From the NCBI GenBank assembly GCA_028023455.1, contig JAQFVV010000006.1:18352001-18416000 (forward strand): a stretch of DNA of 64,000 nt. The letters run 5' to 3'. Under the pieces are notes generated by a model. It ran no database searches. It saw only the letters and a program-made list of their open reading frames with translations, and was not told the DNA's origin. Below, piece by piece: positions 1 through 13,660 of the stretch. A program made the translations under genes and the position numbers. Origin of the DNA: Epiperipatus broadwayi (Eukaryota > Animalia > Onychophora). Each line of letters begins with the position of its first letter. Position 1 is the stretch's first letter.

Positions 1-1260
1 GATGGAAATACTATGGCTGTCTAGTCGCCATAACACCTGCAGATAGTATTTAACCACTATCTACCAAAGAAGAATTTGAATACGAATTAATTATATATGT
101 TTTATTTGATGAACGCAATTTCAAGATATTGTGTTTATCTGATTTATGAAAAACAAATTAAATTTTTTCCGGTGGCCCTTGTCCCTTGAGTAACATCTAT
201 AAAAAATATATATACGGGAAGAATATATTTATGAGTGTCAGTTGGTAGCTGATCTCAAGTTCCAGACTCACTATTACGGTGAGAATTATATTTTCCCTAC
301 TTTTCCTGTCTAACGAGGTGCCTGACCCAAGCTAGCTCATTCTCAGGGTTGGGAAGAAAACCTATCGGTTGAATGGAGATATGTTAAGAAAGGTGGATTG
401 AATGTAAAATATACTGAACCTATACACGTGTCTATTCTCATTGGACATATTTAAATAATTAGCAATTTATTTTGGCAGGTGAAGTACTAGGTAAATATAA
501 ACGATAAAATAATATGGAACTTCAACTCCAAGGTAATAAATAACTTTTATTATTGATATTTTAACATATTATTTATAAGATTATATTATATCATTCCCAG
601 CTAAAAATATAATAAATCCCCAAAAATAAATGAAATAAAGAAATAAAACTTAATATATAACAAATAAATATTAGTTTACAAAAAAAAAATTATATACAGT
701 TATATGCAATAATTATTATGATGGCAGTGAGTAGCAATTCCAAGTTATATAAAAAAAAAATACAAAGTTCATATTACCTGATGAACCCTGGGGTTTGGAT
801 TATAATATAGTCAATCACATAATGTAACTGGTTCCAATCTAGGGTCCTGAAGTACTCACAGTTCACTTTATGAAAATGTGATATTTCTTTTTTTTTTTTT
901 TATGTAAAGTCCAGCATTACAGTTTATTTAGGTTATGAATAAGATGCGATTTAAGTTCCCAATAATATAGTCTTCTAAAGTGAATTTATTCATACTTTTG
1001 GGATAGGATTCTCCTCATTTTATCCTATATTAAACAGTACAGATTGTTGACGAAGTTCCCAGATTCTTCTGCGGGCAGGTGGTGGAGAGTTAGCTTCATA
1101 TTGGCGGCAGATGGTAAAGCCCTTTACGTATCTGCGATTACCCCATCATTTTAAATGTTGGCATTAAGATGTCTACTGTTCTCTCCTGCTCAGCTGTTGC
1201 AATCTAACTGTCTTTAGCTGCCTTTGTCCTTTTCCAAAAAAAAAGAATTTTATCGGATCT
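1..1260 (-). mobile_element. Possible degenerate LTR-retrotransposon gag/protease relic
   Basis: GC-richer, coding-like patch. Minus-strand fragments read PPPARRRIWELRQ (gag-like, ~1020-1075), a broken zinc-knuckle-like YRCY..KGH...C (~150-205) and SLVDSG (retropepsin-like, ~60-85). Many stops and shifts; motifs judged by eye only. Confidence 0.35.
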
Positions 1261-1834
1261 CCGATCTATTTTTTTTCTTGAATACTTTTTCTTTTTGAAA
1301 ATATTTTTTTTTTTTTTTTTCTCTAACATTTCCTTTGTCTTTTGGTGCCATCATTCCTGGTATTTTTAATTCACAATACCTTCCTTGGCTTTCTTGTAAT
1401 TTTTCTTTCTCTCTTTTTTTTTTTTTTAAAGTAATTAATGATTGCTATATAACCAAAAATTGCTTGAAGGCATATACAATATTTCTTTTCACTACCCTCG
1501 TTAATTTTAGATACGATTGAAACAAAAATCTATATTTGGGACAATCTTAAGCAATATATAAAAAAAAAATATTTGTGCATAACTGTATTTTTCAAATTTA
1601 TAATATTTTAAAAATAAAACATTCTAAAATAAATAATTATGCCTAACTAATCCCTTCCCCATTTGTTTTTTTTTTTTTAAAAAAAAAAAGAATTCAAAAT
1701 TGATTCATGTATATATATATATATATGTCTAATTCCTTATACATTTTTAATCTCTTAATGACAGCTTAAATGAGTATATGTATTGAGGGTAATGTGTATG
1801 TGTTATTCAATTTTCTTGTAATAGGGTTAAATAA

Positions 1835-2005
1835 ATAATTTCTCCAAAACAAAAACATCATGGCCACACAAATAAAATTGTTAATTTTAACAAGAATAAA
1901 AAGAAATAATTTCCCCAAAACAACATCATGGCCATGCAAATATAATTTTAATAAGAATAAAAAGAAAGAATTTATTCAAAACAACATCGTGGCCAAAAAT
2001 AAAAC
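1835..2005. repeat. Three imperfect tandem copies of a ~60-70 bp unit
   Basis: AAAACAACATC(A/G)TGGCCA recurs at ~1850, ~1917 and ~1978. The first two copies are followed by AAGAATAAAAAGAAA. Confidence 0.75.
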
Positions 2006-2257
2006 TGGTATTTTCGATTGGTCTTATGATTTATCTCACGCAAACATGAGTTTTAGCGTGATTTTATAAAAATCATGCTTACACCTCTCCTTTGACAATT
2101 GTTTAAAGTGTCACCCTCGTCTAGAGAAGTGGGGTAAAGTTTTCACAATTTTTATTACCTCATACTACATCATTGGATTTGGAAAATAATGACTTGGGCA
2201 TACGATTTTGAAGACTTTTGACAGTCTCAATTACAGACACCTCACAAAATACCGTAG

Positions 2258-2700
2258 CGAAATTTAAAATGGGATTGTTCATAGAAACTGCATAACACAA
2301 AGTTCACTGTAAGCAGCAGCAGTCCTGCAGCAGAATAAACATCCTATTTCTGTGCTGTAAATACCTGTATCCGAAATGTTAATAATGGGATTATTCGTAT
2401 AAACTGTAGCAGAATAATACATCCTATTTCTATGCTATAGCATAGAAATAGATACTGTAGCTAAATTTATAAATGGGATTGTTAGTATAAATTGCGTAAC
2501 ACAAAGTTCACCGTAAGTGGCGTCGTCCTCTGTGGCAGAATAAAAGTCCTATTTCTGTGCTGTAGCATAGAAATAGGCACTGCAGATAAGTAAACGGACT
2601 GATTTCTATGCTTAGCCATTGGCAATAGAACGTTATATAGTGGTGCAGCCATTTAAATGGCATATTTCTGTGCATTTGCATAGAAATTATGCCCTCAAGT
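2258..2700. repeat. Imperfect tandem repeat array with internal palindromes
   Basis: AAATGGGATT, AACACAAAGTTCAC and GCAGAATAA..TCCTATTTCT recur. There is a perfect 28-bp palindrome CTATTTCTATGCTATAGCATAGAAATAG at 2424-2451, with near-palindromic copies at 2548-2577 and ~2664-2687. Confidence 0.8.
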
Positions 2701-3635
2701 GGTTTCAACACGCTAAGAGAAAATAACCTAATTATTATATACTGAAGTGTAACAATCTCTCCAAATCTTTTAGGAGTTGTAATCCCACTGTGTCAAGAAT
2801 TATCTTGTTTAAGTTTCATTTTTTGCCATAAATATATTTGTAAATAAAAAGCTTGCTGTTGAAAAGCTTCTGTAATTTTTATTATACATACATCACTGTG
2901 GGTAGCACTTTTTAATTGAAATTATATAAATTTTCTATTTTCTTATAACTAGAAAAATATGATTTACTTAAAACTATTTAGTATTTTAGTTTATTTGTAC
3001 TAACTGAGTCACATGTAAATGAGCAGAAAATTATAAACAAAAAATGTAATAACTCAGAATAAATGGTTAATTATGTGACCAAAATATTAATTCATGTTAA
3101 CTTCAATAATTGTTATTCTCTTTGATTAAATAAATATTAGAGATTTAGTCAGAAGCCCTGCTTCATTCTTAATAATGTAATCTTTAGATAGTTTTATTGG
3201 CAACTGTAATGAATATTCCAAAGAAACAAACATATTTGAAGAGAGAATTTCTCAATTCTTTTATAGTAAGAACTATCAGGTATTCATTAGAAAACAATTA
3301 TTTCATAGGTGCTATATAAAAGGGAAAGATCAATGTTTGGCCTCTTCATTTGAGTACATAGTTAATCTTTTTTGTATTACCATTTTAGATATTTATTCTA
3401 GAAAAGTAATAATAACAAGGACCACAATACCAATAAGAATAGGAAATATCCACATATTACATTTGTATTTTTACATTTTACAGTAAGTGCATTGCTACCA
3501 ATTGATTTTAATCGGGGACTGTATTTGTCTATCTAAGCATAATTACTCATTTACTTATATTATTAGATAGGTAACAGGATTGACTATGAGTTGTCTACTT
3601 GAAAGAAAGATCCTAAACTTGTCAACTCCTATGAT

Positions 3636-3708
3636 TTCAAATTTCATCTGTGCTTGATCTTATCCTCATTTCTTAGACATAACAAGCAGATGCACTAACC
3701 ACTATACC
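3636..3708 (-). mobile_element. Possible decayed tRNA-derived SINE head
   Basis: Minus strand begins GGTATAGTGGTTAGTGCATCTGC, resembling a tRNA 5' arm and A box. The B box is not convincing. Confidence 0.3.
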
Positions 3709-3900
3709 TTAAAGCTCTTCATTTGTACTATTAGATATCACATATATTATTTGTTTGTCTCAAGTCTTATGTAATACAAATGATACGTATAGTGCTGTTT
3801 TAACAACAGTTATAGACAAGCATAAGAAGTGGTGATCATGTGATGATTATTTAACTTATACTGAGATAAGAGTAAATATATATATATATAATAAAAAGCA

Positions 3901-4289
3901 TGCTAATAGCTCAAAATAATTTTTTTAAAATGATAAATGCCACAAGAGAAAGCATTTGAAATCTTTATATTGGATTGCCCCATCTCCAGATTGTTTTCGA
4001 GCTATGGCTTTCTTCAGTAGGGAGCTAGGACATTAGATTCAGAATCCTAATTCTAGCTAAGCATTTAGCTAATACTTAACTATTAAGAAAATGACTGAAA
4101 TTTCTCAGGTCAACTCTTCAACTTAAAAAGCTACATGGGTCTGAACTAAAGTTAGTTACTCCATACTGAAGAGAGTCATAGCTCGAAACCGGTCTGGAGA
4201 TGGGGATAATTGAAGATAAAGATTTCAAACACTTTCTCTTGTGGCATTTATCATAAAAATAATAATAAGCTTGTTTAGAGCTATTAGCA
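3901..4289. mobile_element. Penelope-like fold-back remnant (inverted pLTR arms) with hammerhead motifs
   Basis: Arms of ~125 bp (3901-4024 and 4159-4289) are reverse complements around a ~135-bp spacer. Each arm carries an HHR motif facing outward. Confidence 0.8.
4159..4199 (+). ncRNA. Minimal type-I hammerhead ribozyme motif, canonical core
   Basis: CTCCATA CTGAAGA GAGT-cata-GCTC GAAA CCGG TC^TGGAG. All core residues are present and stem III is the palindrome ACCGGT. Stem I needs a 2-nt bulge. Confidence 0.75.
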
Positions 4290-5296
4290 CACTCCTTATT
4301 TATTACATATTGGTAATGCAAGCTATATAGGTCATGTGATATATGATTTGTTTTCATTAATATATATATGTCTTTTATATATATATATTGGTTTTACAGA
4401 GTCTAAAGGTCTCCTTACATATTACTATCCACAGTGTCCTGCATAGACTCAAAATCCATGGATTGCAATTCATTTCTGTAATTTCCAGTATTCAAACCAC
4501 TTGATTTTTTTTAAATACACATTAGAATATATTGTTGACATCAGTAATAGATAATTAACAATCTTCATTTTATTTTTAAATTGAAAAGCTTGAATTTTTT
4601 TCCCATTATCTAATAAAATGATCTGTTGTTAGCATTTATTTTTACAAAATTAAGATTCAATATTATACATTTTATGTATTAATTATTTTGCTTTGGAATA
4701 TGACTCCAACTATTACAAATATTTGTCTAGCAGAATGTAGCCTTCTTTAAAAAATTATTCTCAATTGACAAAATTTATATATAATATGTTTAGTTTCTGG
4801 TATATTATTTAAGATGAGTCCAATCTTTTAATGTAGTTTATTCTAACATCTTAATATTTGGAGTTATAGCTTAAATGTTAATAGGCTTTTTACACAGTTG
4901 TATTTTTATATTCAAAAAGAACAATTGTATTAAACATTATAATGTTATCATTTGCCACTAATTTCTTGTTGCTCCTATATAAGGATAACCATAGACTCTG
5001 TACTCATAAGAATGGGATAAAAAATTCCATCAGCAGTGTCTACCCAAGAGATTTTTATTCCTCACATAATAATTCACAGGCGTGTTTTGGCAATATATTC
5101 CATAATCACAAGTTTATATCTATAATAGTTTTCTATTACTCCACTAAGTGTTTCATTTTAGAGAAATAATAGCCTGTATGTTTAAGTAATGAAATAGAGT
5201 TACTGATTCTTGGATTAAACTTGACATATCCAGTACACGCATGTTACAGAATTTCTCATGCAACCATGAATCTTTGGAAAATATGATAAATGAATA

Positions 5297-6184
5297 CACC
5301 GGTGTCTCATTTTATGCGGATTATTTTAATGCAAGTTTGAAGTTATGCGATTCGTGTTTCTTCTTAATATCTTTCATATTTCACTATATTTATTAGATAT
5401 CAAGAAGTTTAAATTATTAAAAACTTATTTTGACTTGAAATACTTTTTTTTTTTTCAAAAATATAACATTATACGTGAATATGGCCTGAAGTTGCATTTA
5501 GAATATTAGCTTCTATGTAATAAACTACTTATACTAATGAGTAAATAATAATAATAGATTTATATTTACATATAAAAATATCGCAATAAATAGGCAAAAA
5601 TTTTAAACTTTTAAAACGTATTTTGTTAATTATAACAGAAATAAATAATTTTTTAGATTTTTATAATAAATAATGACGAAGATTTTATTGATTTTATAAA
5701 CTGAAAATAATCTTTCTAATGATAATCTATAATATTTTTGTTTTGATTACAATCTCATTTTTTTAATATAGAAACAAAAAATCATTAACACAGCTCAAGA
5801 CTGGAAGTGGCGCTAGTTGTATGTCACATGATGAATCTGATTTCTTAACATTTCCCCAACGAACGCATATTGTCAAATAGTCAAACAACCGCTAATGATT
5901 AAAATATGTATGAAAAAATATAAAATTAAATACTGTGGTTAATAAAAAAAGTAAAAAAAGTTTGTCTTGTATTTTTTTTTTTCAAATATTTGAAATTTTT
6001 TATTAGTCATACTTTGTTTCCTTATTTTTTTAATGCAAATTTTAAAGTAATTTTTCCTTCTTGCCTTGCTTTTATGCGATTTCTGAAAATTACAACCCCT
6101 ATCTCCATTTTTCAAGGTAAGTTAAGTCTATTTTTGGTGCGTTTTCTGAGGAACCTATCTACCGCATAAAATGAGACCTAGGTG
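5297..6184. mobile_element. Non-autonomous Tc1/mariner (pogo-like) MITE
   Basis: Terminal inverted repeats (TIRs) of ~23 bp: CACCGGTGTCTCATTTTATGCGG and CCGCATAAAATGAGACCTAGGTG. Flanked by TA at 5295-5296 and 6185-6186. No ORF. Confidence 0.75.
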
Positions 6185-7094
6185 TATTGTGTATTTCAAA
6201 GTTATCAGATAAAATAACATGTTTTTTTTTGAGTATGCAGTTAACCTTTAATAAATATATTTATTATTCAAAAATTTTACAAATAATAATTTGTTTATAT
6301 AAACATTTACAAACAAAATTAAAGAAACATTTTTTTTAGTAAATCAATACTTATAAGAAATGAAGCCTCTCTTTAAAAGATTTGGATTTACTATGAAAGA
6401 ATAAATAATCTATTTTTGACTCATAATTATTAGTTTTAAATCTTAAAAACTCCCGGAACCTGAGAATTTGGAATTAATGGTGTTTTTATGTGTATCTCAG
6501 TAATTTATAAAAACAAACACATCTGCATATGGATCACTGTTCACATTCACAAAATGCTAATTTACAATTTAATAATGGAAAATGTGTATATTCATTTTAA
6601 TGAAAGTGTATTATGTTATTATAGGGGATTGGACTCCAGATTTTCGTGCTCCCCTCAGCTATCCAATCTATCTCATACAACCAATACACATGATCACACG
6701 TGAAAAAGATAAATGTTTCCAGGGATATAAAGTATACTTGTATTTAAATAATATATTATATTATAAAAATTAAGCATAGACAGTGGAAAGGTTAATTGAA
6801 GTAACTATGACATTTTTATTAATAAAAAATGGATAACATTCATTTTGCCTCATTAAGTACTTGTATTCTATATCAAATAGAATTATATACATTTAAAGAG
6901 AAAATCTTTCAAAGAGATGTTAATGGATAATATCAAGCTTTTACTCATTCTTCTGTTTGAGTTAAGTAAAGGACAAGACCATAGGAAATATAAAGCAGCA
7001 TTATTCCTGGTTCTTAAATCAGTATTTGGCTAAATTAATTGCATTAACCAGAGCATTGTCATTTTAGAAAGCATTATCATCTTTGAAAGTATTA

Positions 7095-7275
7095 TATAAG
7101 AGATCCTAAGATCTAGATGCCGTATTTTCAGATCGAAGTCTCTTCATTGATGAAAGCCACAAGCTAGAAACTAGTCAGGAGATATTGGATGAGCAGGCAC
7201 TAGATAGAGATTTTATGAACAAATAGTTTTGCTTCCATTGATTACTCTGGCTTGTACTGAGTGGTACTACTATAT
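7095..7275 (+). mobile_element. Solo PLE pLTR remnant with decayed HHR motif (same family as 58340-58520)
   Basis: Aligns by eye with 58340-58520. Motif at 7142-7181: CTTCA TTGATGA AAGC-cacaa-GCT A GAAA CTAG TC^AGGAG. Confidence 0.7.
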
Positions 7276-7763
7276 GGAGAATTTAGCCTCTGTGCATTAT
7301 CATTTCTTGTGATAATAATTTATCTGCCAACAGTATTTGTACCAGGAGTGGAACTTTGTCATTCAAAATGTTTGACTGACCTGCAACTATGTATAGAAAA
7401 TATAATAATATGGTTATCAAAATGATGATAGTTTTACTATGATGTTTTGTGGAAGATAGTATCTAGAATTTTTTTTAATATTTTAAAATGAATATTTTAA
7501 GATCCAGGCAGATTTTCACATGTGGCAGTAATTCAGTATTTTCTCAAAGTCTTATGTGTTTCTATACCTGCTACTTATATAATTGAAAATTATATGCACA
7601 TTGTTGTTGATATTTGTTTATAATACTGAAATAATATTTATTGATATTTGTTTGTAATACTGAAATAATATTTTAATTTTTAAAAAAATATATTTTTAAT
7701 ACAAAATACTTTTTCTATAACCAGTTTTAGATAATTTTAAAATTAATGTTTTTATTATTATAG

Positions 7764-7940
7764 GCCAACCCTAACAAACTTGATAGAGTAGAAGATTTAA
7801 GTCAGCTTCATTATTTGAATGAATCCAGTTTTCTTCATACAATCAGACAACGCTATGGAAGCAATCTCATTCATACTTATGCAGGGCCCAACATGATTAT
7901 TGTTAATCCTATGCATCCGCTGTCTATTTACTCAGATAAG
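7764..7940 (+). CDS. MYO18A: Internal exon of unconventional myosin-XVIII (N-terminal part of the motor domain)
   Basis: Acceptor TTATTATTATAG and donor AAG|GTAAGT, phase 0 at both ends. 59 codons: ANPNKLDRVEDLSQLHYLNESSFLHTIRQRYGSNLIHTYAGPNMIIVNPMHPLSIYSDK. This matches the myosin-18 motif DR.EDL..L.YLNESS.LHT.RQRYG..L.HTYAGP (insect ortholog Mhcl). Confidence 0.93.
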
Positions 7941-10429
7941 GTAAGTAAATATTTATTTTTATTGTTAAAAGACTCTTCCCTGCATTGGGAAATTTAAAAG
8001 TTACTTCATCATTAAACTTCGTGAACATTTATGAAAGGGTAATTCACTAATATTTTAAATAACTTTCCAACTAGAGCTTATTGGAGTAAACTCTTCTTAG
8101 TTATCAAACTAAATTAGATATTGTATTATATCTAAAGTGCTACTTATAATATAAAATAAAAATTAATATAAACTAACCAAAAAAATTAAACTTTACTAAA
8201 ATTCTTCCACAATCATGGCTTCATCAATTCACATATAGATCTGTTTATTAATAGATAAAACCTTTGTTTTTATTTTATTTATTACTACTAGTATAGCATT
8301 AGGCAGTGTTTAATTTTTACTTATAACATATATTCATTATTTTTTCTCATATTAAAGCTATCTTTTATAATAATTAAAAAAGACAAATGTGAGTATAACT
8401 TACCATTTAGAATGATTAGAGTTTAAATTATCATTTTTGATTGATGTAGTCCTATTATAATTTTATTCCTTTTTTAGAAAAAAAAAACATTCTCTGATGG
8501 TAAACATGATATATGAAATAACTCATTGTAATAAAATAAGAATGATTCCAGAAATTAAAATTTTAAAATAGTCTGGTTATCGTAACTGAAGTGATTTATT
8601 TATTTATTCTAAATGACTCACTCAATATATAAATATTTTTATTCTTATTATTGCTTTTGTAACATCTGCATCAGGAGCAGTAATCTATTCTATTTATGCC
8701 ACGACCATCTACTGGTGAAAACACTCTATATTAAGGCTATTTTTCCAGCGAAGAGCATCAGATTTGCATCCTTACATCCAGTGTCTACTTTTTTAATACT
8801 ATTCAAACTAATACATTGACATTCAAAAACACCCTAACTTTTGGACTTAAGTTACTTTGCATAGATACATAGATCTAATACTAAGCCGGAACCTATATAA
8901 CTATCTGAACCAACTTGGGCTTATAATATTAGAATATTATTGAATTTCTGATTATTAACTTGGATAGTATAAATGAAGTCATTGTGGTTGTTCTAATGTA
9001 TGATGCATATCTAAACTTTAATTCACAAAAAAGCCTTATAAATAGAAGTTTGAAAATTTGAATATGGTACTACTATTTAATATCTAGTGAATAGAGTGAA
9101 TTACTACTTCCATTACAGGTGCTGAACGTAAGTAGAGAAAGTCATCTGCTTCTTTGTTTGATGAATAAGACCAATAGTCTTTAGTTCAACAGCATTCCTG
9201 ATGTCTTTTAATTGTAGAACAGCTCTTTAAAATTAATGTGAGTTTAGCAATGAAATTATACTCTTTGATTGCTACTTAACAGATGTAAAAAACAGGTATC
9301 AATTACTCAATTATTTGATTTTCATCGGAAAGAGTAAAAAAAGTGTGAATGGAAATTAAAGTCAAGGCTGTTTATGCCAATACTAAAATAAACAAACATT
9401 TTTATTTAAAGCTTTCATCAAGTTTGGTGACAATATTACAGAATTTATGAGTATAGTTTATCATTATTAGGATGAACTCAAAATTTGTCTGTGATTCATA
9501 TTAAAACTCTTGGTAATTAAAAAGGCTACAGTAAATCCAATCCAATTCTTTTAAAGTATTAAGGAACAAATCATCTAGGCAGTCATTACATTTGAAACAT
9601 TATTGTGTTTTCAGATTTCCTCAACCAATTTTCTTAATAATCAGGATATATTTAATAATAATAATTTGAAGTACAAATATTTGTAGATTTTTAATGATGG
9701 CTATAGGTTCAGCAATAACAGAAGGAAAGAAAATAAAATTGCAGGAAAAAATGCAAAAAAGGAAAGTGTTGTTAATTATTTAATAATAATAGTTCAGAGC
9801 AATTTTCCATAGAATTGTTTTAGACTGTGTAGTTGAATTAGGCAGCCTTATACTTGTATGTCACATTCATAGTATATTTTCTGTAGTTAAACTTTTCAAA
9901 AATCATTACTTTGATTCAAGGTATTGTAAGATTCTGTAATATATTTATCAAAATACAACACCAGTTATTTAATGGCTCAAAAAGTACTAACATCAGTAAA
10001 GGGAATCATCAAATTTCTTTCAGCAGTTATATAGGAAATATTTTGTGGATTTAAACGAGAAGCAAAAGGAAAAAATATCAGTGGAGATTATATAAGATAT
10101 CTAGATATTGCTTATTTTTACAAATAGTTCTTCAGAACTACAGAAAATTTGACAACAGATGAAATCAAGAAAAATAGGACTGAAAATAAATAAAAAGAAC
10201 CAAAGTAATGTTCAATAAGCTTTTCAGAATAGAAGAAAAACAAGATATGACAAATGCTATAGATGTAATTAATGATAAAATTATCTTCCGGATGGAATGT
10301 TTGTGATACAAACAATTTAATATTTAAAAATAAATAAATGCATGTATTTAAAAACGTTTTTAATTTAATGGTGTTTTATAATTATATACTTGTAGAGATG
10401 TAACTTGGATATTTAATAGAAAAGCATGC

Positions 10430-10750
10430 ACATTGGAGGGGGTGGGCGATGGAGAAGAGTATATTGGGATTAGCTAGAGTGAATGGAAAGTGAAGCACAT
10501 GATTTAGAGAAGTGATGAATTTCATTAACTTCATTGAAAGAATTGAGACTGAAATAGGATGAACTTGTTGCTAAGAAAAGATGGCAATAAATGATCAGAT
10601 AAAATCATAAACTGCATCTCAAGAAATTGTAAGAAACATGAAGAAAAACTGTATGAAATATGAGTGGGTAGTAATGAAGCTACAGGATAGAAATTATAGA
10701 TTGGAACGATTGGATTAAACTCGGAGAGATCTGCTAAGTATTGACTGCAG
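10430..10750 (+). mobile_element. Decayed RTE LINE 3' fragment
   Basis: Reads MEKSILGLARV..., then IERIETE.., and ends with WIKLGE. It resembles the RTE 3' ends at 24622-25000 and 40720-41136. Confidence 0.55.
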
Positions 10751-11427
10751 TTCAAAATGTTGTGATATATATATACTTTCACATATTTATATAAAAACAT
10801 TTTTTTTTCATTTAATTTCTGTAACGTTTTATTTATATTTATTGCTATTTTTTTTCATTTATTTTTATAGAAAAAAGAATATTTTCAAATGTTTCACAAA
10901 AAATGATATATACATTTTTAAAAAAAAAACTCTTTTCATTATATTTATTTTACCCATACTGAATTCATTTTAAATTAGGTATGAAATATGTTTCACGATG
11001 TAGAAATTTAAATTAAAACTTTGCTATAGCATGAAAGAGTTATGAATATGGAAGTAAATAAATAGTAGAAATTTATATATTTAATAAAACGAAAATAAAA
11101 AGTTTTTTTTTTAATTATAACATATACTGTTTATATTTATGCAAATATAATATATAGAAAGAAAATTTTAAACTGGAAAAATTATTACAGTTTATTGTTA
11201 TAGTAGTATTGTATCTTTCTTTAAATAATTTTTAAAATGCCTTGAAATAATAGATTTATTAATTAATTTCTTTTAAAATTGTTTTTAATACATATGTGCA
11301 TATGGATATTCTGTGAATATATTTTGATATTTAAATTACAACATCAGTAGCCAGGACTATTATGTTTTTGTATTAAATAATTATAATATAATATACTACA
11401 TTACAGGTCTGTGTCTTATAATATTGA

Positions 11428-13660
11428 TGTGATGTGATGCACTGTGGCTTCTTCTTATACGGAGTCAAGAATATCTCAGCAACTATGCCAGAGAAACTTG
11501 TTAGCCACTTTAACTTCCTTTTCTATTCCCCACCCTAAAATTTCCATTATTCTTCTCTATTCTGCTCCATCCCATTTCCACAACATAATCTTTGTCAACT
11601 CCATGGCCTTTATATCTAAATCCCCCTTATCTTTTCCCAAAATCCAGCATAAAAACCAATAAACAACTTTCTGTATAATCACTTTGTTTATATTTATTCT
11701 TCCACAACTTCATTATTTGTACCCTTTCTGCTTTCAGGTGTTTACATACAATTAACAGATGCCTAATATGTTCATGCCTTCCTTACACAACTTGCAGACT
11801 AAATCACCCATATTTTTCCATTTATGTGTATATTCCCTTGTTGTTAAAAAGCCAGTTCGAGCATTAAACAGTAAATTATTTTTCTTGCTATTATCATAAA
11901 TTAACTCTGACCCAACATTCTGTTTACTTCTATAAATATTTAAACTCTTTTTACTCTCCATACTAGTTCTCCATCTCTCTAACTCCCTATTCTTTATTAA
12001 TGCATCTATTCTTCTATCCCATTCTTTAACCCTATAACACTCAACAATTCTCCTAATACAATCATCCCACTTTTTGTATAAGTATACAGACATAAAGTCT
12101 TTATCCAAATATTTTGCATATTGCATTATCTTTCTCACCCATTTTGTTGCCTGCTCTTAATTCATAACCCAATTAAATACTGTTTTGGCTATTATTTTAT
12201 TATCCATAAACTGCAATCTACTGAATATTTTAATTTTTATTTTTTTTTTCATCTCTCATATAAAAACTTGAAAATCCCATTTCTCCTTAAAGTGCCTCCT
12301 TCACTATCCACACATCTGCATCTAATGCATGTTTTCCTACTTCTCTTTGTATTTTTTTAAAGTAATCTAATACTCTTTTACTAGCACATAACACATCATT
12401 ACCATATGTTAACCCTGCTACTGCCACTTCCTTCCATATAATTCTAGCTACATCATATTTCTTATATGAGAACACTGTTAATTTCTTTATCAATCCTTTT
12501 CTTTTCTTTGCTTCATTTATTAATTTTTCTTCCATTCGTCCAAGAATTTCTCTGATTACTTAAGACGATTTCCAGATAGTTAGATCTATTCACTACACCT
12601 TACTTTATCCCCAATAAAAATTCTTTGCCTTTTCTTTCCTCAATATTAATTTTCATTACTTTTGATTTTTCTTCACTAAATTTAATCCCCATTTTTTTAC
12701 CAATCTTTGCACATGTCCTCAGCATAACTTCCATATCTTCCCTTCTTTCTGCACATAAAAAGACATCATCTGCAAATAAAAGACCCAACAACATATATAT
12801 TTCCTTGCCACCTATTAATGGTATCTTTACCCCTCTTCCTAGTCTTTCTATTGCTCTCTCTATTTCTCTCAAATACAACAAAAACAAAATAGGTGACTTA
12901 GGGCATCCTTGCCTTAGTTCCACCCCATGTTTAATTTTAACTGATTCTATATTCCCTAATTGATATGTATTGTAATTATTTTCATATAATTTTTTAATAA
13001 TATCCACTAAAGCTTCATCCATTCCCAAATTTATTAAACTTACCCATAATCTATTTCTATTTACTCTATTATATACCTTCTCTATATCTATAAAAACCCT
13101 ATATAACTATCAACCTGTATTCCTACTCATATCTATAAGTTGTGTAACTACAAATAAACTTCCTATATGCCTATCTGATCAAAAACCTCCTTGCATTTCT
13201 CCCACTATATTATTTTCTTTCATCCATTTAGCAATCCTTCCAGCCATCCATATATGAGAAAACTTTATATAGCACTGACATTACCACTATTGGTCTATAA
13301 TTGTTTAACTTTCTATGATCCTTACCCTTTCCTTTAGATAGTAGCTTTACTTTTGTATTACTCCAACTACCCGGAAAATCGCTCTTCTGTTTCATCTTAT
13401 TAAAACATGATAATAGTTTTAATTTTGCCCTATGCCCTAAATTTATTACCATCTTTACTACCCATCTATCCAAACCTCTTGCTCTTCCACCTTTCAATTT
13501 TTTACCTGCCTCATTCAGTTCATTTTCTGTGCATCATATATTCTCATTACTATTCTCATTACTATATGCTTTCATGTTTGCTATCACTCTGTCCTTCACA
13601 TCTAACTCTTTTCTATATCCATTGCATATTTGTATCAAATATTATCTTGCACCCTTAGAA
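11428..13660 (-). mobile_element. 5'-truncated non-LTR retrotransposon ORF2 relic (RT plus C-terminal Cys motif; RTE-X-like, clade uncertain)
   Basis: Fragments NNYRPIVVMSVLYKVF, LRQGCPKSPILF, LLFADD, IWKEVAVAGLTYGNDVLC and LLFNARTGFLTT...CKLC occur in order with frameshifts. There is a (CACAT)n-like 3' tail at ~11428-11440. Confidence 0.9.

Noticed and set aside
327-452. Peptide GWEENLSVEWRYVKKGGL as the upstream myosin-18 exon
   Set aside because: Only superficial likeness to VWLVH.GGF. It lacks the D.DD.EK end and a donor, has stops on both sides, and lies in a probable retroelement relic on the opposite strand.
776-810. CTGATGA followed by a small hairpin (AACCC-TG-GGGTT)
   Set aside because: No GAAA, stem III or cleavage triplet, so it is not an HHR.
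1095-1110. 16-mer nearly identical (inverted) to 55039-55055 (CTGCCGCC(C)AATATGAA)
   Set aside because: Similarity does not extend into the flanks and no function can be assigned.
2258-2700. CRISPR-like appearance of palindromic repeats
   Set aside because: The intervening sequences are themselves repeated and irregular, there are no cas genes, and the context is eukaryotic.
6241-6795. piggyBac-like element (TTAACCTTT ... AAAGGTTAA)
   Set aside because: Only 5 bp of TIR match inside the TTAA sites, which is expected by chance in AT-rich DNA.
12625-12963. 112-aa plus-strand ORF, and similar ORFs at 11444, 13407, 19092, 20572 and 24759
   Set aside because: These are antisense shadows of LINE coding strands with no independent coding evidence.
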